Positions 35,646 through 36,636 of a DNA stretch of 36,636 nucleotides are shown here, one piece after another (positions within the stretch are counted from its first letter, which is position 1; each line of letters starts with the position of its first letter). This DNA comes from an uncultured Fibrobacterales bacterium (GTDB taxonomy: Bacteria; Fibrobacterota; Fibrobacteria; Fibrobacterales; CAWVXU01), in assembly GCA_963934255.1 (NCBI GenBank), contig CAWVXU010000019.1, forward strand, positions 1-36,636, written 5' to 3'. The position numbers and the translations under genes are program-made. Below the pieces are notes generated by a model. That model had not been told where the DNA came from. It searched no databases and saw nothing but the letters and a program-made list of their open reading frames with translations.

Positions 35646-36110
35646 GTGCAATATTTAAACTTTTCACCTGTCGCTAAATTGAACGATATAATTGAAAAAG
35701 TAACGAAGTCAACAACACTCCAAAGTGCCCAATGCATTCAGTCTAAATTGTCGTCTCAGGCGTTAGTAACAGAAATTAGATTCTCTCAGTGGATACGTAT
35801 TACGGATATTGTCCAAGGCTCTGAAGGTGCAGAGCTATATATGGAGCTCGCAGGAGTAGCTAAAGGTACTGTGAGTGTTCAAGTCGAAGAAGGTGTGTAA
35901 GTTATTCGTGGCGATAAGAAATTTATTTCCCTAGAAAAAGATCAGACAGCTTTGTTAAGAGAACGTAACTCAGGTAAATTTGAACGCAAGTTTAAACTTT
36001 CAAAAAATTAAAACCAAGAAAAGGTTCAAGCAGAATTTAACAATGGTTTGCTTCGTATATCCATCGAATCTACAGAAACTATTGAGCCCAATCAAATTAA
36101 GATAAACTAA
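35646..36110 (+). pseudogene. Hsp20/alpha-crystallin small heat-shock protein interrupted by two in-frame TAA codons
   Basis: MELAGVAK..VSVQVEEGV*VIRGDK...RERNSGKFERKFKLSKN*NQEKVQAEFNNGLLRISI...IKIN*. Internal stops at 35898-35900 and 36009-36011. Confidence 0.85.
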
Positions 36111-36125
36111 TAAATCAGTTAATTA

Positions 36126-36167
36126 AACAAAAGTAGTAGCATTCAAATTGATACTACTGTTTTTGTT
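36126..36167 (+). terminator. Imperfect hairpin / putative terminator after the Hsp20 gene
   Basis: AGTAGTA (36132-36138) pairs with TACTACT (36152-36158), flanked by an A-tract and a T-tract. Confidence 0.45.
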
Positions 36168-36455
36168 GTCTCAAATGGATTGAATTTTGTTTTAATATAG
36201 TCCCAGGAAAACACTTTATTATAATCGTTTTTTTGGTAAGAAAGGGTTCAATATTTTATATCAAATGTCTCAGAAATGACTGCGCTCATATAGAATTAAG
36301 ACCAAAAAGGCCAAAACTATCATATTGATAGAGATTTGGATGGTTTTTGATTCAAAATCTTATATTTTCTTGATCTTTAGCCTTTGCAATTTAAATGAAG
36401 ACTACTACTATTATCCCAACCATTAGATTAATGTGCTTAAAATAAGGATACCAAA

Positions 36456-36636
36456 ATGAAAAAAATGATTAAACTATCTGTTGCTGCTATCGCTCTTTCT
36501 CTTCTAGCTGCTTGTGCTGCTGCACCTGCTGTTGAAGCTCCTGCTGCTGTTGAAGCTGCTGCTGTTGAAGCTCCTGCTGCTGTTGAAGCTGTTGTTGAAG
36601 CTGCACCTGCTGTTGAAGCTGTTGAAGCTGCTGCTG
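36456..36636 (+). CDS. Ala/Val/Glu/Pro repeat lipoprotein; runs off the window end
   Basis: AAGGA SD; MKKMIKLSVAAIALSLLAA-C lipobox, then AAAPAVEAPAAVEAAAVEAPAAVEAVVEAAPAVEAVEAAA. Absent from the ORF track. Confidence 0.85.
   Translation, partial: MKKMIKLSVAAIALSLLAACAAAPAVEAPAAVEAAAVEAPAAVEAVVEAAPAVEAVEAAA

Noticed and set aside
35898..36011. Alternative genetic code with TAA read as sense
   Set aside because: Many intact genes here (pyrC, gnd, zwf, dusA) end in TAA at the expected positions.

Overview
A 36.6 kb AT-rich bacterial chromosomal window with no rRNA, tRNA, CRISPR array, phage or IS element that I can recognise. Ser-rich lipoprotein linkers, a T9SS-like C-terminal domain and a giant lysine-rich tandem-repeat surface protein suggest an FCB-group organism, possibly Fibrobacterota (inference only). 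Housekeeping genes: a partial GT2, a TrmH-family methylase, pyrC, a short proB, zwf-pgl-gnd, a DTW/TapT protein, dusA and truD. Accessory content: (i) a DUF1800 - DUF1501 - cytochrome c lipoprotein operon; (ii) an ~11 kb co-oriented iron-acquisition region (Fe3+ ABC transporter, 70-aa lipoprotein, FecA-like TonB receptor, 10-bp ATGA-containing repeat, DUF4856-like lipoprotein) that runs directly into a GT-C-like membrane protein and a flavoprotein, with a similar 19-bp palindrome ahead of both iron operons; (iii) a 1774-aa cadherin-like protein with a growing polybasic loop in every third repeat; (iv) a 36-aa membrane peptide missing from the ORF track; (v) a ferritin-like di-iron/ATP-grasp fusion coupled to a DEDDh exonuclease; (vi) an Hsp20 gene with two in-frame TAA stops and a truncated Ala/Val/Glu/Pro-repeat lipoprotein. 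The best candidates for an undescribed system are the iron-uptake-linked GT-C/flavoprotein module and the di-iron/ATP-grasp fusion. All family calls are from motif recognition by eye; no searches were run.
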